From NCBI GenBank assembly GCA_024137785.1, contig JAHRHZ010000144.1, forward strand, positions 43,095,514-43,159,513: DNA of 64,000 nt. The letters are read 5' to 3'. The DNA comes from Ginglymostoma cirratum (taxonomy: Eukaryota). Both the position numbers and the translations under genes were made by a program. Below are positions 1 through 13,535 of this stretch, piece after piece (the first letter of the stretch is position 1; every line of letters begins with the position of its first letter). The notes under the pieces were generated by a model. It was not told the origin of the DNA. It searched no databases and saw nothing but the letters and a program-made list of their open reading frames with translations.

Positions 1-1769
1 TATCGCAGGCCCTTTTGGTTACAATTTGCATTTCTAATTAGCTTCTATTCATATTTAGATTAGGGTGGCAAGATCTCTGCATCACAATGTTATCTCCATC
101 CACCGTACCCAAAACCTAGAAATGAACATGACATGGTGTGTGAAAATTGATATTCAGTAATACTTCATCTTGTTTCTTCTGTATTTGTGTAAAACCAGGC
201 ATGAGAATTATTGTGGAGAAGTAAATACAGATTTGCAATTATTGTCAAATTCCATTAAATAGTTGAAACTCTAAATGATGACAAAAAAAATCAGTTTCTA
301 CTTTGGGGTGTTTCAAAACTGGAAAGCTGACAGGGTATCATATGAAAGAAACCAATTTCAAATGGACGTGCATCTTTATTTAATCCTGTTAAATATTTTT
401 CTCGACTTTTGTTTCAGCTAATTTGGAGGATTGTTTATGAGGTTGTTGCACATATTAAAAACATTCCTATTTAATCCTTTTAGAACCAAGAAATTTCTTT
501 TCTTTAAAAGAAATCGCTTCATAAATAATAACGGGATAGTCATATTGGACCAGACATTAATGTTTTGTTTCTCCATGTGGCACAATGTCTCCCTTATTAA
601 AATGGATTCTTGGACACTACTCATAAATCTCCTGAATAGGCCCTCCAATACCTGCAGATGGAGATAAATCATACTGAGAAAACACTGAACCATGAAATGA
701 TTCTGTTAACATGTCATCTGTCTGGAATATATTTTCAGATCTCCAACAGAAGGGGCTGAATTATGAAAGAATGGTGGTCTGGCATAGTTGATGATTTGGG
801 ATTTAATACCTTGAACTTTTCCCCATCTGTTACAATGCTTGTCTTTTTTTTCTCTTAAAAAGAAGATGGGTGCTAATAGAGGCTGATGGCACAATGTTGA
901 AAATATCTGAAATTGAATTCTTTAGACTTCTGCTTATATTTGTGAGATGATATTATTAGATTAAAAATACAATAAAATACCAGTGCATTTGCTTTGAACA
1001 CATCTCATTCTGGAAATTAACACAATTATAAAATTGTACATTAATATTACAGTAAAGTCATGCTTCAAAAGAATCCATATTTTGAAAGAGAAGCTGCAAT
1101 TTTACAAAGTGGTGTTTAACCGACATGTAAAACTCTACTAGAATAAATAATGTTGTGAATACTATATTATTTAGTAAATTTTCTGGACGGGCAGACTTAG
1201 TCAAAGTATAGATCCAAATAGGTTTGTCTTAACATAGAAATTATAGATTGTGGTGTAAATATGTTGTTTGGTAGTCTTTTGTTTGCTATTGCAATCCATT
1301 TATTTTAAGTAAGTGAAAATTACTGTTAAAATTAGAGACAAACAAAAATTCATCATCTGAATTTTATGTCAAGTTCTTGGTTCTTTCTAAACTCTCAAGC
1401 TACTTGTGAGGTACATGGCAATAGAAATTCAACAAAACAGTTTTGCTTCCAGTGCAATTTGGAGTTGTAAAACCACTTTCATGATTACATTTTTGGTGTA
1501 TTTCTTTTGTAATCTTACATATATTTAAAATGAGCATTTTCATATGTTTGTTTGCTAATGCAGAATAAAAATTGATGCAATCAATGTTCGTCAAACTCAT
1601 TTATGACGTTAATGAGTTGATACATGCTGTGCAGCATTAACTAAATCAGCTACTTGAAGTTTGAAACAATATTCTACCGCTATTTACTTTTTATTTTGCA
1701 GCCATTAGGGAAACATAGCTACAAGGTGACCAAAATTGGGAAATAAATATTTCAGAGTATGTAAAATTT

Positions 1770-2110
1770 CAACAAGATTGGCAGAATGGAAGAGGAGGAG
1801 GAGTAGTTCTGATAGTAAAGGATGACATGAAGTCAGCAGTAAAGACCTTGGCGGAAAAGGCAGTTGTTGGACAAAGTGTTAAATAAAAAACTAATTGGAA
1901 CATATAACAAAGGAAATATTTATAGGCAAATTCAGTCTTCAAATCTGCAAATTGTTTGGGAAAGTTAGTCTGGAAGATAGATTGTAGTATGCCTACCAAA
2001 AGCCTCCTGGAACAATATATGTGAAACAATGAGGGATAAAGCTGTTTAAGATCGAGCATTGTGAAGTGAGGAAAATTCAATTAGTAATCTTGTACTAAAT
2101 TGCTATGGGA
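1770..2110 (+). mobile_element. Highly decayed CR1 LINE fragment (endonuclease region)
   Basis: Reads QDWQNGRGGGVVLIVKDD, matching the CR1 APE motif 'DR..G.GGGVALLV' also seen at about 8280-8325. Confidence 0.55.
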
Positions 2111-2119
2111 AAATTGAAT

Positions 2120-3310
2120 TGTAGAATGATTAATTAAAAAGAAGGGGTCCATTTGGCTGTCTGATACTCTGCAATAGCAAATCAACTAGTCCTGCGACCC
2201 TTGCTTTTTTTTCCATTGCCTTGCAAACTTTTTCTTCTCTGATAAGTACTTTTGAACGCAATGGTTTAATCTGCTTCCGATATATTCTGAGGCAGACAAT
2301 TCCAGACACCAACCACTCACTGTATTAAAAAAAGCCTTCTTAGTTCTTTTGACGTTCACCTTTGTTCTGCGTCTTGTGTCAATGGGAACAGTTTCGTACT
2401 ATCTACTTTGTTTGGACATGTTGTGTGTTTGAACTCTCTATCAAATTATCTCTGAATCTCTGATAAAGTCCCAATGTCCAGTACCTGTCCAAGTAACTGA
2501 AGTTTCCTTGTCCCTAGAACAATTCTCTCCTTTATTTTCCTACACCATCTCTAATGCAGACATCCTTAATGTGGTGCCACATCCCTGGATACAACTTTCA
2601 TTGAGACTGAGCCAGTGTTTTATGAAGACTCACCATTACTCCCTTTTGTCCTCTGTTTCCATTTATAAAGTCCAGGATTTCTTTATCTCGCCAGCCTCTT
2701 TCAGCCTTCTTTTGCACATACAATCCGTCACCCCTTTGGACTTGTTAGCTTGATTTTATATTTTGTCTCCTCATTTCTCCTACCAAACTGAAGTCTATCA
2801 GTACCCTCTCCATTCATAACAATTCCAAGTGTGATTGTAGGCAGTGTTGTAATACTGATCCACAAAGAGAGCCATTACATACATTCTCTCATCCAAAACA
2901 AAAATTATTTCACCAGTTTTTCACCAATTATTTCTTTCCTGTCACTCATCTAACTTCATGTCCACATTACTTCTGTCCATTTTCTTCCATGGGCTTCAAA
3001 TTGTTCGCCTGTTGTGTGACATTTCATCAAATATCATTTGATTGTCCATGTACCCAACATGAACCTCAATAACTCTCTTTGTTACCTCATGACATCATTT
3101 TGTTTTAACAAATTTTTGGTAGTGCTTAGCTAATCTACAACTGTCCAAGTGACTGTTAATTTTGTCTTGGATTATCTTTAGGATATTTCTCACTGAAGTT
3201 AAACTGATTGGTCTATATTTACTCATCTTATCGTTGCCTTTTTTGAACAAGAATATGACATTTGCAGTTCTCCGCTTCTTTGACATGATCCCTGTATCTA
3301 AGGATTACTG
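2120..3310 (-). mobile_element. Decayed CR1 LINE (family A), RT to 3' end
   Basis: Minus ORF 3095-3286 contains ANVIFLFKKG..KYRPISLTSV (CR1 RT N-terminus). The downstream sequence follows the CR1 RT and 3' UTR with many indels. Confidence 0.8.
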
Positions 3311-3317
3311 AGATATT

Positions 3318-3680
3318 GGTGGCATAGTAGCTCACTGGTTGGCATTTCTGCCTTGCTAAGAGTGAGGGACCCAAGTTTCATTCTAGCCTTGAGTGACTGT
3401 CTGTGTGGAGTTTGCACATTCTCCCAGCATCTATGTGGGTTTCTGCTCTGTGCTCCTGTTTCTTGCCACAGTCCAAAAATGCGCAGGTTAGGTGGATTGG
3501 CCATGCTAAATTGCCTCACAGTGTCCAGAGATGTGCAAGCTAGGTAGATTAGCCAGGGTAAACGTGTGGTTATGCAGAAAGGTAGGTGAACTTGTTCTGA
3601 GTCTGATACTGTTTAGAGGGTTGGTGCTGAATCGATGGGTTGAATGGCCTCTTTCCACACTGTAGAGATTCTGTGATTCT
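3318..3680 (+). mobile_element. HE1-type tRNA-derived V-SINE
   Basis: tRNA-like head, V-domain core TGTGTGGAGTTTGCACATTCTCC...GTGGGTTTC...CACAGTCCAAA, and a CR1-type tail ending GATTCTGTGATTCTA. Confidence 0.85.
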
Positions 3681-3875
3681 AAATTGTAATCATTGTCTCC
3701 ACAGTTTCCACTTTTACTTTCCTCCATGTCATGAGACTGATGTGATATGGTCTAGTAAGTTGTCAACTTTACGTACAATAATAGAATAAATTCCATATCG
3801 AGTTTGAGAGCAACACACTCTAATCTCAAGACAGAATCTTAAACCAAGCAAACTTCATAAACTGAGAGAGATGGG

Positions 3876-4836
3876 TCTAGGCCCAAAACCATTTTCAGCT
3901 GCTTTATCAATGACCTTCCCTCCATCACAAGGTCAGAAGTGAGGATTTTCGCCGATGATTGAACAATGTTCAGCACCATTCGTGATTCCTCAGACACTGA
4001 AGCAGTCCATGTTCACATGCAACATGATCTGGATAATATCCAGGCTTGGGCTGACAAGTGGTGAGTGATATTTGCACAACACAAATGCCTGGCTATGACC
4101 ATCACCAATAAGAGACAATCTAACCACCGTCCCTTGACATTCTATGGTGTTACCATCACTGAATCCCCCACTATCAACATCCTAGGTGTTATCATTGACC
4201 AGAAACTCAACTGGACTCACCACATTAACACAGTGGCTTCAAGAGCAGGCCAGAAGCTGGGAATACTGCGGCAGTAACTCATCTCCTGACTCCTCAAAGC
4301 CTGTCCACCATCTACAAGGCACAAGTCAGGAGTGTGATGGAATACTCCCCACTTGCCTGGATGAGTGCAGCCCCAACAACACTCGAAGCTTGACACCATC
4401 CAGGACAAAGCAACCTGCTTGATTGGCACTACATCCACAAACATTCACTCCGTCCACCACCGAGGCTCAGTAGCAGCGGTGTGCACTATCTACAAGATGC
4501 ATGGCAGAAATTCTCCAAAGATCCTCAGACAGCACCTTCCAAACCCACGACCACTTCCATCTAGAAAGACAAGGGCAGCAGATACATGGGAACACCACCA
4601 CCTCCAAGTTATCCTCCAAGCCACTCACCATCCTGACTTGGAAATATATCGCCGTTCCTTCACTGTAGCTGGGTCAAAATCCTGGAATTTCCTCCCTAAT
4701 AACATTGTGGGTCAATCCACAGCAAGTGGGATGCAGCGGTTCAAGAAGGCAGCTCACCACCAACTTCTCAAGGGCAACTAGGGATGGGCAAGAAATGCTG
4801 GCCAGCCAGCGATGCCCACATCCCACAAAATGAATA
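3876..4836 (+). mobile_element. 5'-truncated CR1/L2-group LINE, family B (RT C-terminal half plus 3' tail), relatively young copy
   Basis: LGP-TIFSCFINDLPS...FADD RT motifs and ILGVIIDQKLNWTHHI. Family-specific tail GGGCAACTAGGGATGGGCAAGAAATGCTGGCCAGCCAGCGATGCCCACATCCC. Confidence 0.9.
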
Positions 4837-6067
4837 GGAGAAAAAACTGCCCTTTTGATCTGAAAAATATATGGATACATTAAAGTCTTCCTGTGTTTAC
4901 CAGGTGCCTTCAAACATTCTCTGATCTGTGGAAGTGATATAAATAATTTAAACCCCATGGTTTACACCATCACTTCAGATCTCCCATGATCCCTGCACAC
5001 ATTCTGCCTGATATTCAAAAAAGCCATTATAATCCTCGGTATGTATACGTCTTGCTACTATCGCAGCAATACATTTAAGACTTCCCCTTAAATGCGCAAC
5101 TCCAGGCTTAGCTGGCAAGCTCTGTAGACCAAAATGTCTTACATCTATAACAAAATTCCAATTAAGTAACTAAAGAATAATCCTGTTATATATGCACTTT
5201 TATCAATAAGCTAATCTTCAGTATTGTATATGGAGTAAATGCACATTTCTTCATTTGAATAGGTAAAATAAGTTCCTTTTTTTGGCTGTTAGCAGAATGA
5301 TGACAAAATAGTACATTTGATGTTGGTAGAAAGATACAAGTAAACAGCCACAATTGTAGGAAATGAAAAAGAACATAAAATATAAGACCAGAAAATGAAA
5401 ATGTGAATTAGCCTTGCAGAGACACTTCACAAATTGGCATGTTTTCAACATATTTGTTCTTATTTATCATCATGTTGGTCAATACAGTTGAAGTTATTTA
5501 AAATTCATTGACTGTGAAAGTTGGAATTCAAAACAGTGACCAATCTAACTTTATTGGTTATAGTGACAGTATTGTCTATAAACCTTGGTAATGGCTTTGG
5601 CTTAAATAGGTTGCTACTAGCACATTTGAAAGGTTCAGTCTGGAGGGGAGATCAATCTCGCTGTCTGAGTACAAATTAATTTGACTGAAGACTACTAAAC
5701 ATTATAAAGATACAATGCCTTCTAATTCTATTAAAACTTTAGGTGGAGAAAATGTAAAGTGATATTTAAAATCACGCCAGGTGTTGTCAGTTTTGTCACA
5801 AGTGTTCCACAAGTGCCTCCTTTTTAATAAAAAAAATCCCGTTGATCTCTTGAGGCATTGCAGACAGAGTTATAATCATATGCTGTAAATAGGTCAAATA
5901 GGATCGAAAAGCGCAGGGAAAATTGGGCCCAAGCAGACTGAAAAATACTGGGTATGAAATTAGGATAACAGTATTTTGATATTAAAAGTGCCAAGTAGTT
6001 CAATGCAATTTCTGGACTGTCATAACTTCTAAAATGTTAATATGAGATTCAGCAATGGTCATTGAAT

Positions 6068-7336
6068 GTCATAGATTCATAGAGATATACAGCACAAAAA
6101 CAGAACCTGTGGTCCAACTTGTCCATGCTGACCAAATATCCTAAATAAATCTCGTCCCATTTGCCAGCATTTGGCCTGTATCCCTCTAAACCCTTCCTAT
6201 TCATTCACTCACCACTTCCTCCGGCAGCTCATTCTCTTCACGCACCACCATCTGTGAGAAAATGTTGCTCTTTAGGACCCTTTTAAATCTTTCCCCTCTC
6301 ATCTTAAACCAATGCCTTCTAGATTTGGACTCCCCTAACCCAGGAAAAGACCTTGTCTATTTACACTGTCAATACCCCTTGTGATTTTATAAACCTCTAT
6401 AATGTCACCCCTCAGCCTCCGACGATCCAGGGCAAATAGCCCAGCCTATTGAGCCTTTCCCTGTAGCTCAAACCGTCCAACCCTGGCAACATCCTCATAA
6501 ATCTTTTCTGAACCCTTTCAAGTTTTACAACATCCTTCCTATATCAGGGAGACCAGAATTACATGCAGTATTCCAAAAGTGGCTCAACCTAAGTCCTGTA
6601 CAGCTGCAACGTGATCTCTCAACTCCTATGCTCAATGCACTGACCAATAAAGGCAAGCATGCCAAACCTCTTCTTCACTATCCTATCTCTCTGTGACTCC
6701 ACTTTCAAGGAATTGTGAACCCGCACTCCAAGGTCTTTTTGTTCAGCAACACTCTCCAGGAACTTACCATGAAGTGTATAAGTCATGCCTTGATTTACCT
6801 TTCCAAAATGCAGCACCTCACACTTATCTAAATTAAACTCCATCTGCCACTCCTTGGCTCATTGGCCCATTTGATCAAGATCCCGCTGTACTCTGAGGTA
6901 ACTTTCGCTGTTGACTACATGTCCAATTTTGGTGTCATCTGCAAATTTACTAACTTTACCTCCTTCACATCCAAATAGTTTATATAAATGCAAAAAGTAA
7001 TGGACCCAGCACCGATCCTTGTGGTACACTGCTGGTCACAGGCCTTCAGCCTGAAAAGCAATCCTCCACCACCACCCTCTGTCTTCTACCTTCGAGCCAG
7101 TTCTGTATCCAAATGGCTAGTTCTCCCTCTATTCTGTGTGATCCAATCTTGCTAACCAGTCTACCACGAGGAACCTTGTCGAATGCCCAACTGAAGTCTA
7201 TATAGATCACATCCACCACTCTGCCCTCATCAGTCCTCCTCTTCAAAAAACTCAATTAATTTAGTGAGACATGATTTCCCATGGACGAAGCCATGTTGTC
7301 TATCCTTAATTAGTCCTTGCCTTTCCAAATACATGT
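6068..7336 (-). mobile_element. CR1 LINE (family A), 5'-truncated
   Basis: Minus ORFs VDVIYIDFSWAFDKVP and MEFNLDKCEVLHFG; octamer-repeat tail CATAGATTCATAGAG at 6070-6084. Confidence 0.92.
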
Positions 7337-7934
7337 CACAAGGAGATGGCTAGATTCTGTCTTATTGGAGCAATGGATCCTACTTCATTAGTTAAGGCAT
7401 GCTTAAAAATGAATAAACTGGTTTATTCTACATAAAATATGTGCGGTATATAGTTTCTGCAGATTAATCATTTTAGGGAAGACTAATAAAGAGGAACTTT
7501 ACTGACTTCCTGGACATGGTTCCCTTTCAATCTAGTTACCCAGTAGTGAAATTGATTTAGATTCTGTTAGGTCTTGTTTGGATTCACTTGCCCAAACTAA
7601 GATTGTGCAGTGTCTGTCTGTAGTGTGCAAGGTGCATTTGTGTGAAGTGTACCAAATCTGGACATGTGGTGACTCTCAAAGCCATTAAGTAAACACCAAA
7701 GTCACTACTGTGATTATAACACATCCTTTAGATTTTGAGTGTCCACATCTCTATTAAAACAGCCCCCTTAGCCCTTTGAATTAAATGAGGCTTAAGGAAT
7801 ACTGAATCTGCAGAAAGGGATCCATTTTGTCATAAAATGTGAGTTGCTTAAGATTCCAAAACTCTTGTTCTCTGTACTAATGAACAATTCAAGTTAGCAT
7901 GGCTTAATATTACGGTAACAGATTGAGTTTAGCT

Positions 7935-10900
7935 GGATTCAACTGCATGGAAAACTATGAAAAAAATGAAAAGAAAGGAGAACTCAGGTACAGTTATTAA
8001 AGTCTCCAGAACACAAAATAGGACAGAATGTTTGGAAGGGGTTAGGACTCAAACTTCAAGCACACCAGATAAAGGGATGACAATGAGAAGAGGGACGGTA
8101 AACACAGGACTGAATGTGTTGTATGTGGATGCACGCAGTATATAAAATAGAGGTAAATGAGCTTCAGATTGGCACAGATTGAAATTGGCAGGTATGATAT
8201 GGTGGGCATCATGGCGACGTGGCTGCAAGGGGATCAGGACGAGGAACTAAATATCCAAGGATATGTATCCTATCGAAAAGACAGGCAGGTGAGCAGAGGG
8301 GATCGGGTTGCCTTATTAGTAAGAAGTGAAATTAAATCAATAGCAAGAAACAATGTGGGGTCAGATGATAAAGAATCTGTGTGGGTAGAGTTGAGGAACT
8401 GCAAAAGTAAACAAAACTGTAATGGGAATTATGTACAGGCCTCCAAACAGTAGTCAGGATTTTGGCCTCAAGATACACCAGGAGATAGAAAAGTGTAAGA
8501 TAGGTAAGGTTACACTGATTGTAGGGGATTTCAATACGCAGGTGGACTGGGAAAAACTGGTTGGTCGTGGATCATAAGAAAGGGGATTTGTAGAATGCCT
8601 ACTAGATGGCTTTTAAGAGCAGCTTGTGGTGGACTCCACTAGGGAACAGGCAATTTTGGACTTAGTGATGTCCAATGAGTCATACTTGGTAAGGGAGCTT
8701 AAGCTGAAGGAACCCTTAGGAAGCGGTGACCATAACATGATAGAATTTGCTCTGCAATTTGAGAGGGAGAAGGTGGTGTCAGATGTAACAGTGTTACAGT
8801 TGAATAAAGGCAACTACAGAGGCTTGAGGGAGAAGCTGGGCAGAATTGGCTGGGAGAGGAGCCTAGCAGGAAAGACAGTGGAACAGCAATGGCAGGAGTT
8901 TCTGGGAGTAATTCGGGAGAGACAGCAAGAAGTCATCCTGTGGAAAAAGAAGCATGGTACAGGGAGGATGAGGCAACTATGCTGACAAGGGAAGTCAGGA
9001 ATTGTATAAAAGCAAAAGACAAAGCATATAATGTGGCAAAGTGCAGTGGGAAGCCAGGGGATTGGGAAGCTAACAAGGACCAACAGAGGACAATGAAAGA
9101 AGAAATAAGGAGGGAGAAGATGAAATATAACAGTAAGCCAGCCAGTAACATAATAGAAGATTGCAAGAGTTTCTTTAAATATATAAAGGACAAAAGAGAG
9201 GCAAAAGTGGACATTGGGGTGCTAGAAAATGACACTGGAGAAATAGTAATGGGGAACAAACAAATGGCAGAGGAACTGAACAAGTACTTTGTGTCAGTCT
9301 TCACGATTGAAGACTCGAGTAACATCCGGGGGTGGGGGGGTGGAGGTGGAGTTGGGATGGGGGTGCAGAAGTGAGTATGGTGGCCACTACCAAAGAGAAG
9401 GTGCTAGAAAAACTGAACGGTCTGAAGGTGGATAAATCACCTGGACCAGATGGACTACTCCCCAGAGTCTGAATGAAATCACTGAAGAGATAGTGGAGGC
9501 ATTAGTGGTGCTCTTCCAGGAATCACTGGAGTCAGGGAGGGTCCCAGAGAACTGGGAAATAGCTAATATAACCCCCTATTTAAAAAGGGAGTGAGACAAA
9601 AGATGGGAAATTACAGGCTGATTAGCTTGACCTCAGTCGTTGGTAAGATTTATGGAGTGCATTGTGAAGGAAGAGATTTCTGAATACTTGGAAGTGCATG
9701 GTAAAATAGGGCAAAGTCAGCATGGTGTCATCAGGAGTCATGCATGACAAATCTGTTTGAATTATTTGGGGTGGTAATGAGCAGGTTAGGCCAAGGAGAG
9801 CCAATGGATGTTATCTACCTGGACTTCCAGAAGGCCTTTGACAAGGTGCTGCACAGGAGGCTGCTTAGTACAATAAGGGCCCATGGTGTTAGAAACAAGG
9901 TACTAGCATGGATTGAAGATTGGCTGTGTGGCAAAAAACAGAGAGTGGGGTTAAAAGGGCCCTTCTCTGGATGGCAGCTGGTGACTAGAGGTGTTTCGCG
10001 AGGGTCAGTGTTGGGACCACAACTTTTCATTTTATACATTAATGATTGAGATGAAGTAACTGAGGGCATTCGGGCTAAGTTTGAAGATGATACAAGGATA
10101 GGTGGAGAGACAGGTAGTATTGAGGAGGCAGGGGGTTGCAGAAGGATTTAAACAGGTTAGGAGAGTGGGTAAAAAAGTGGCGGATGGAATACAACATGGG
10201 AAGGTGTGATGTCATGCACTTTGGTGGGAAGAACAGAGACATGGAGAATTTTCAAAATGGGGAGTGCAAAGGGACTTGAGAGTCCTACTCCAGGATTCTC
10301 TCAAGGTAAACTTGCAGGTTGAGTTGATAGTTAGGAAGGCAAATACAATGTTGGTATTTATTTTGAGACGACTAGAATATAAAAGCAGGGATGTATTTCT
10401 GAGGCTTTATAAGGCTGTGATCAGATCACATTTAGAGTATTGTGAGCAATTTTGGACCTCATACCTCAGGAAGTATGTAATGGCCCTGGGCCGGGTCCAG
10501 AGGAGGTTCATGAGAATGATCCCAGGAATGAAAGGCTTGACATATGAGGAACTTTTGAGGACTCTGGGTCTATACTGAATGGAATTTAGAAGGATGAGGG
10601 GGATCTAATTGGAACTTAGAATATTGAATGGCCCGGACAGAGTGGACATTGGGAAAATGTTTCTATTAGCAGGAGAGACTAGGACCATTGGCCACGGCTT
10701 TAGAGCAAAGGGAAGACTCTTTAGAATAGAGATGAGGAGGATCTTCTTCAGCTAGAGAGTGGTGAATCTATGGAATTAATTCCCACAGAAGGCTGTAGAG
10801 ACCAAGTCATTGAGATAGATAGGTTCTTGATTGTCAAGGAGATCAAAGGTCATGGAGAGAAAGTGGGAGAATGGGTTTGAGTGTCTTACCAGCCATGATT

Positions 10901-10971
10901 GAATGATGGAGCAAACTGAATGGGCTGAATGGCTTAATTACTGCTCCTATGTCTTACGGTCTTATGGTCTT
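7935..10971 (+). mobile_element. CR1 LINE (family A) with near-complete but frameshifted ORF2 (APE endonuclease plus RT)
   Basis: GLNVLYVDARSI (EN start), GDFN, TREQAILDLV, GSGDHNMIEF, DVIYLDFQKAFDKV, GSVLGPQLF, FEDD (decayed FADD), LEYCEQFW; tail TCTTACGGTCTTATGGTCTT. Multiple stops and frameshifts. Confidence 0.95.
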
Positions 10972-10980
10972 CACAAATAC

Positions 10981-11930
10981 GGGCCAAATCTTATAATTTT
11001 TTGCCAAGTGTTTTGGAGGCTTTTACGCTGTGAGGCCTAGCAAGATTTTTCACCATATGTTACCAACTCACCTCACCAACAATGTACTCCTCCCAAATGC
11101 TGCCCCTTTCATACAATTCTAGCCCCATTTTACTATGGCGTAATTCCCAGAAGAACTCACCACTCAGTGGATATCTATCAAAAGTTCAGCATCCCCAGTG
11201 CTCAAACCATATTTAAAAGGCTGTGGTACACTAGGATAAACATTGGCATTCTGACTTTGCCCGGTTCAGTGATGGATATTCAGTCAGAGGATATTAGCAA
11301 AGAGGAAGATGGCATTACAATTCCCCAATAGGGTCCTAGTGGATGATTCAGAGGATGGGGCGTCCTTGTCCCAGAGGATCAGCAGAGAAGGCCCTGACAT
11401 TAGACCCTGGCAGCCTTGTCCGAGGCATCAGTGCTGTCTTTCTAGTTTGGAGAAATGGCCAGCAGTGTAGGAAGGAGGTCAATAAACTTCTTCAGTCTGC
11501 TAGGAATATGCCATACTCTTTTCTGTCTGCTACTTCACACTCATTCTATCACTGCTACTGCACCCACCGCCTATCAAGGGACATGCTGTGCCATTTTCTC
11601 TATTGCCTGCAACATCTTTCCTTGCTTGCTCTCGTTACCCCTTAAGCTTCCAGACCACTGTCTGTCCATGGCCTATACTCTGTCTACTCACTTGCCCAGG
11701 ACACCTCACCACCCTTTGATTACCTGCATCAGTACAATCAACCATACCATCCACTTCCATCTTAATCAATCGCTCCCTTTCTATCATTGCAGGAGGGCAC
11801 AGACAGAAATAGCCTGGATGGGTGGAAGGTTGCCAAACATCATGTATCCTACTTAGTTTGAGGAGGGAATCCTGGCCCTTGCAGGAGTAGACCAGGACCA
11901 TTCCTGCAGAAATGCTGAGACATCTGTATC
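10981..11930 (+). mobile_element. PIF/Harbinger element remnant carrying the Myb/SANT-like (trihelix) accessory gene, two decayed exons
   Basis: Broken translation KMALQFPNRVLVD / GVLVPEDQQRRP*H*TLAALSE / ISAVFLVWRNGQQCRKEVNKLLQSAR, then a pyrimidine-rich intron ending TTGCAG (11787-11792), then EIAWMGGRLPNIMYPT*FEEGILALAG. This matches Harbinger Myb/SANT proteins ('QCRKK.NDL', 'TGGG.P...LT..EE'). Confidence 0.7.
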
Positions 11931-12475
11931 TTGCTAACTAAGATGTCTGGTGGTTACGTGAAGGACTGTACAAATATAACTTTTTTTCTTTGTTTGAGTT
12001 TGGCATTGCCTCTCTATACCATGATCTTTTTGGCTGTTAACTTATAAAATGTTTCATATGATAGATAATATCTCATAGATAATATGAATGGCGTTAGCCA
12101 ATGTAATTTGCTCAGTGCTGAATTTTGAGGTAGATAATCTTGTGCAGATCATGAATTTTTCCCCAAATCATCGAATTTTGTTATTTGATGGACAGTGAAT
12201 GGCTTGAATGTTAGGTACGAGGTATTATTTAGTGTTAACTTGGATAACATAAGTTTCATGCATTCCACCATTTTCAACAAATTATTCATATATCAGTCAT
12301 CTCACCAAAAGTGCATTTAGATTGGAATGCAGAGTTCTGATATTATACAGTAAAGCAGGAGGCCATTTAGTAGATTTAAACCTGTGCTAGCTCTTCCAAA
12401 AAAAATCTAATTAGTTTTTCTACCTGCTTTTTACTTTGTAGATAATTTCTAATCAACCTGTTCAGATTCTGAATC

Positions 12476-12534
12476 AAGTGGGATTTGAACCCCAACCTTG
12501 TGGCTCAGAGGTCGAGACACTACTACTGTACCAC
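12476..12534 (-). mobile_element. tRNA-derived SINE head fragment
   Basis: Reverse complement TGTGGTACAGTAGTAG...CTCTGAGCCACAAGGTTGGGGTTCAAATCCCACTT contains A-box-like and B-box (GGTTCAAATCC) motifs. Confidence 0.6.
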
Positions 12535-13436
12535 AAAGGTACCCATTAAAAGGATTGCCTTGTGAATTTTATGCTCAAAACTCTGCTCCTAAAACCCTCT
12601 GTTTCAGAGGCAGGACTGCAATCCTCAGAAGTTTTTCCCTGAACAATTTATCCAATACTTAATTAAAGGCTAGTATTTAATTTCTGTCTATCACACTGTT
12701 GAGCACTGCAGTCCAAAATCTCATCACTTTATAATAAAATATCCAGTCTGATTTTTACCAATTGCCTTAAATCTAAGCTAACCAGTTTGCAGATTCATCA
12801 CACATTGAAATAGATACTTCTTATTGATTCTATCCAATTATTTTTAAAGATGAAAAGAAAGCTATGGTTTCTGCTTCCATCAATAGACTTCTGACATTCA
12901 CAGTGATGCAAGTAGATAGTGCAAATACTGACATATGTTATTGCTGAAAGAGGAATCAATACTCTACTGTCACATATAAAAACTGTTTGCAGGGTAAAGC
13001 CATGGCACTGAGATGGAGTGAGTCACTCTTGCAGAGAGCCAATTTGGACGCAAAGCGATGAATGACCTCCTTCTGTGATGTAAATATATCACAGGTTGAA
13101 TTATAAGGAGTGCTTTGTATAATGCTGTCTGAACTAAATAGCCAGCTGCCCTGCAGCTACTTTACAATTGACAGGGCATTAATTTGCTCAGAGCAAGACC
13201 TCTACATCCCCACCCTCTCCCCAAAGTGCTGTGGAGGATGTTCTGCCTTAGAGAGCTCTATTTGCTTAGATTATCTTATGATTCTGTAGTCTGAGTCGTG
13301 TCTGATTCAAGCAGTGACTTATTATGGCACTGAGCCTCTATAGACCCCAAAGAGAAGCTCTATGGAGGCTGGGCTGAAGGTAGAACTGAGATATGAATAA
13401 GTTGTAGATTACATGCCCCAGTGAGCATTTGGGAGG

Positions 13437-13535
13437 CTGAGATAACAAGGTGTAGATCTGGATGAGCACAGCAGGCCAAACAGCATCAGAGGAGCAGGAA
13501 GGCTGACATTTCGGGCCTAGACCCTTCTTCAGAGA
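13437..13535 (-). mobile_element. Penelope-like element pseudo-LTR fragment (family P1)
   Basis: Same sequence as the 3' end of the GIY-YIG element at 20930-21028. The minus strand has the CTGAAGA-AGGGTCTAGGCCC-GAAA hammerhead core. Confidence 0.85.

Noticed and set aside
400-900. ORFs 418-693, 431-667 and 706-894 and an acceptor-like TTTTGTTTCAG at 407-417
   Set aside because: No recognisable protein similarity, and all + frames after the acceptor stop within 18 codons.
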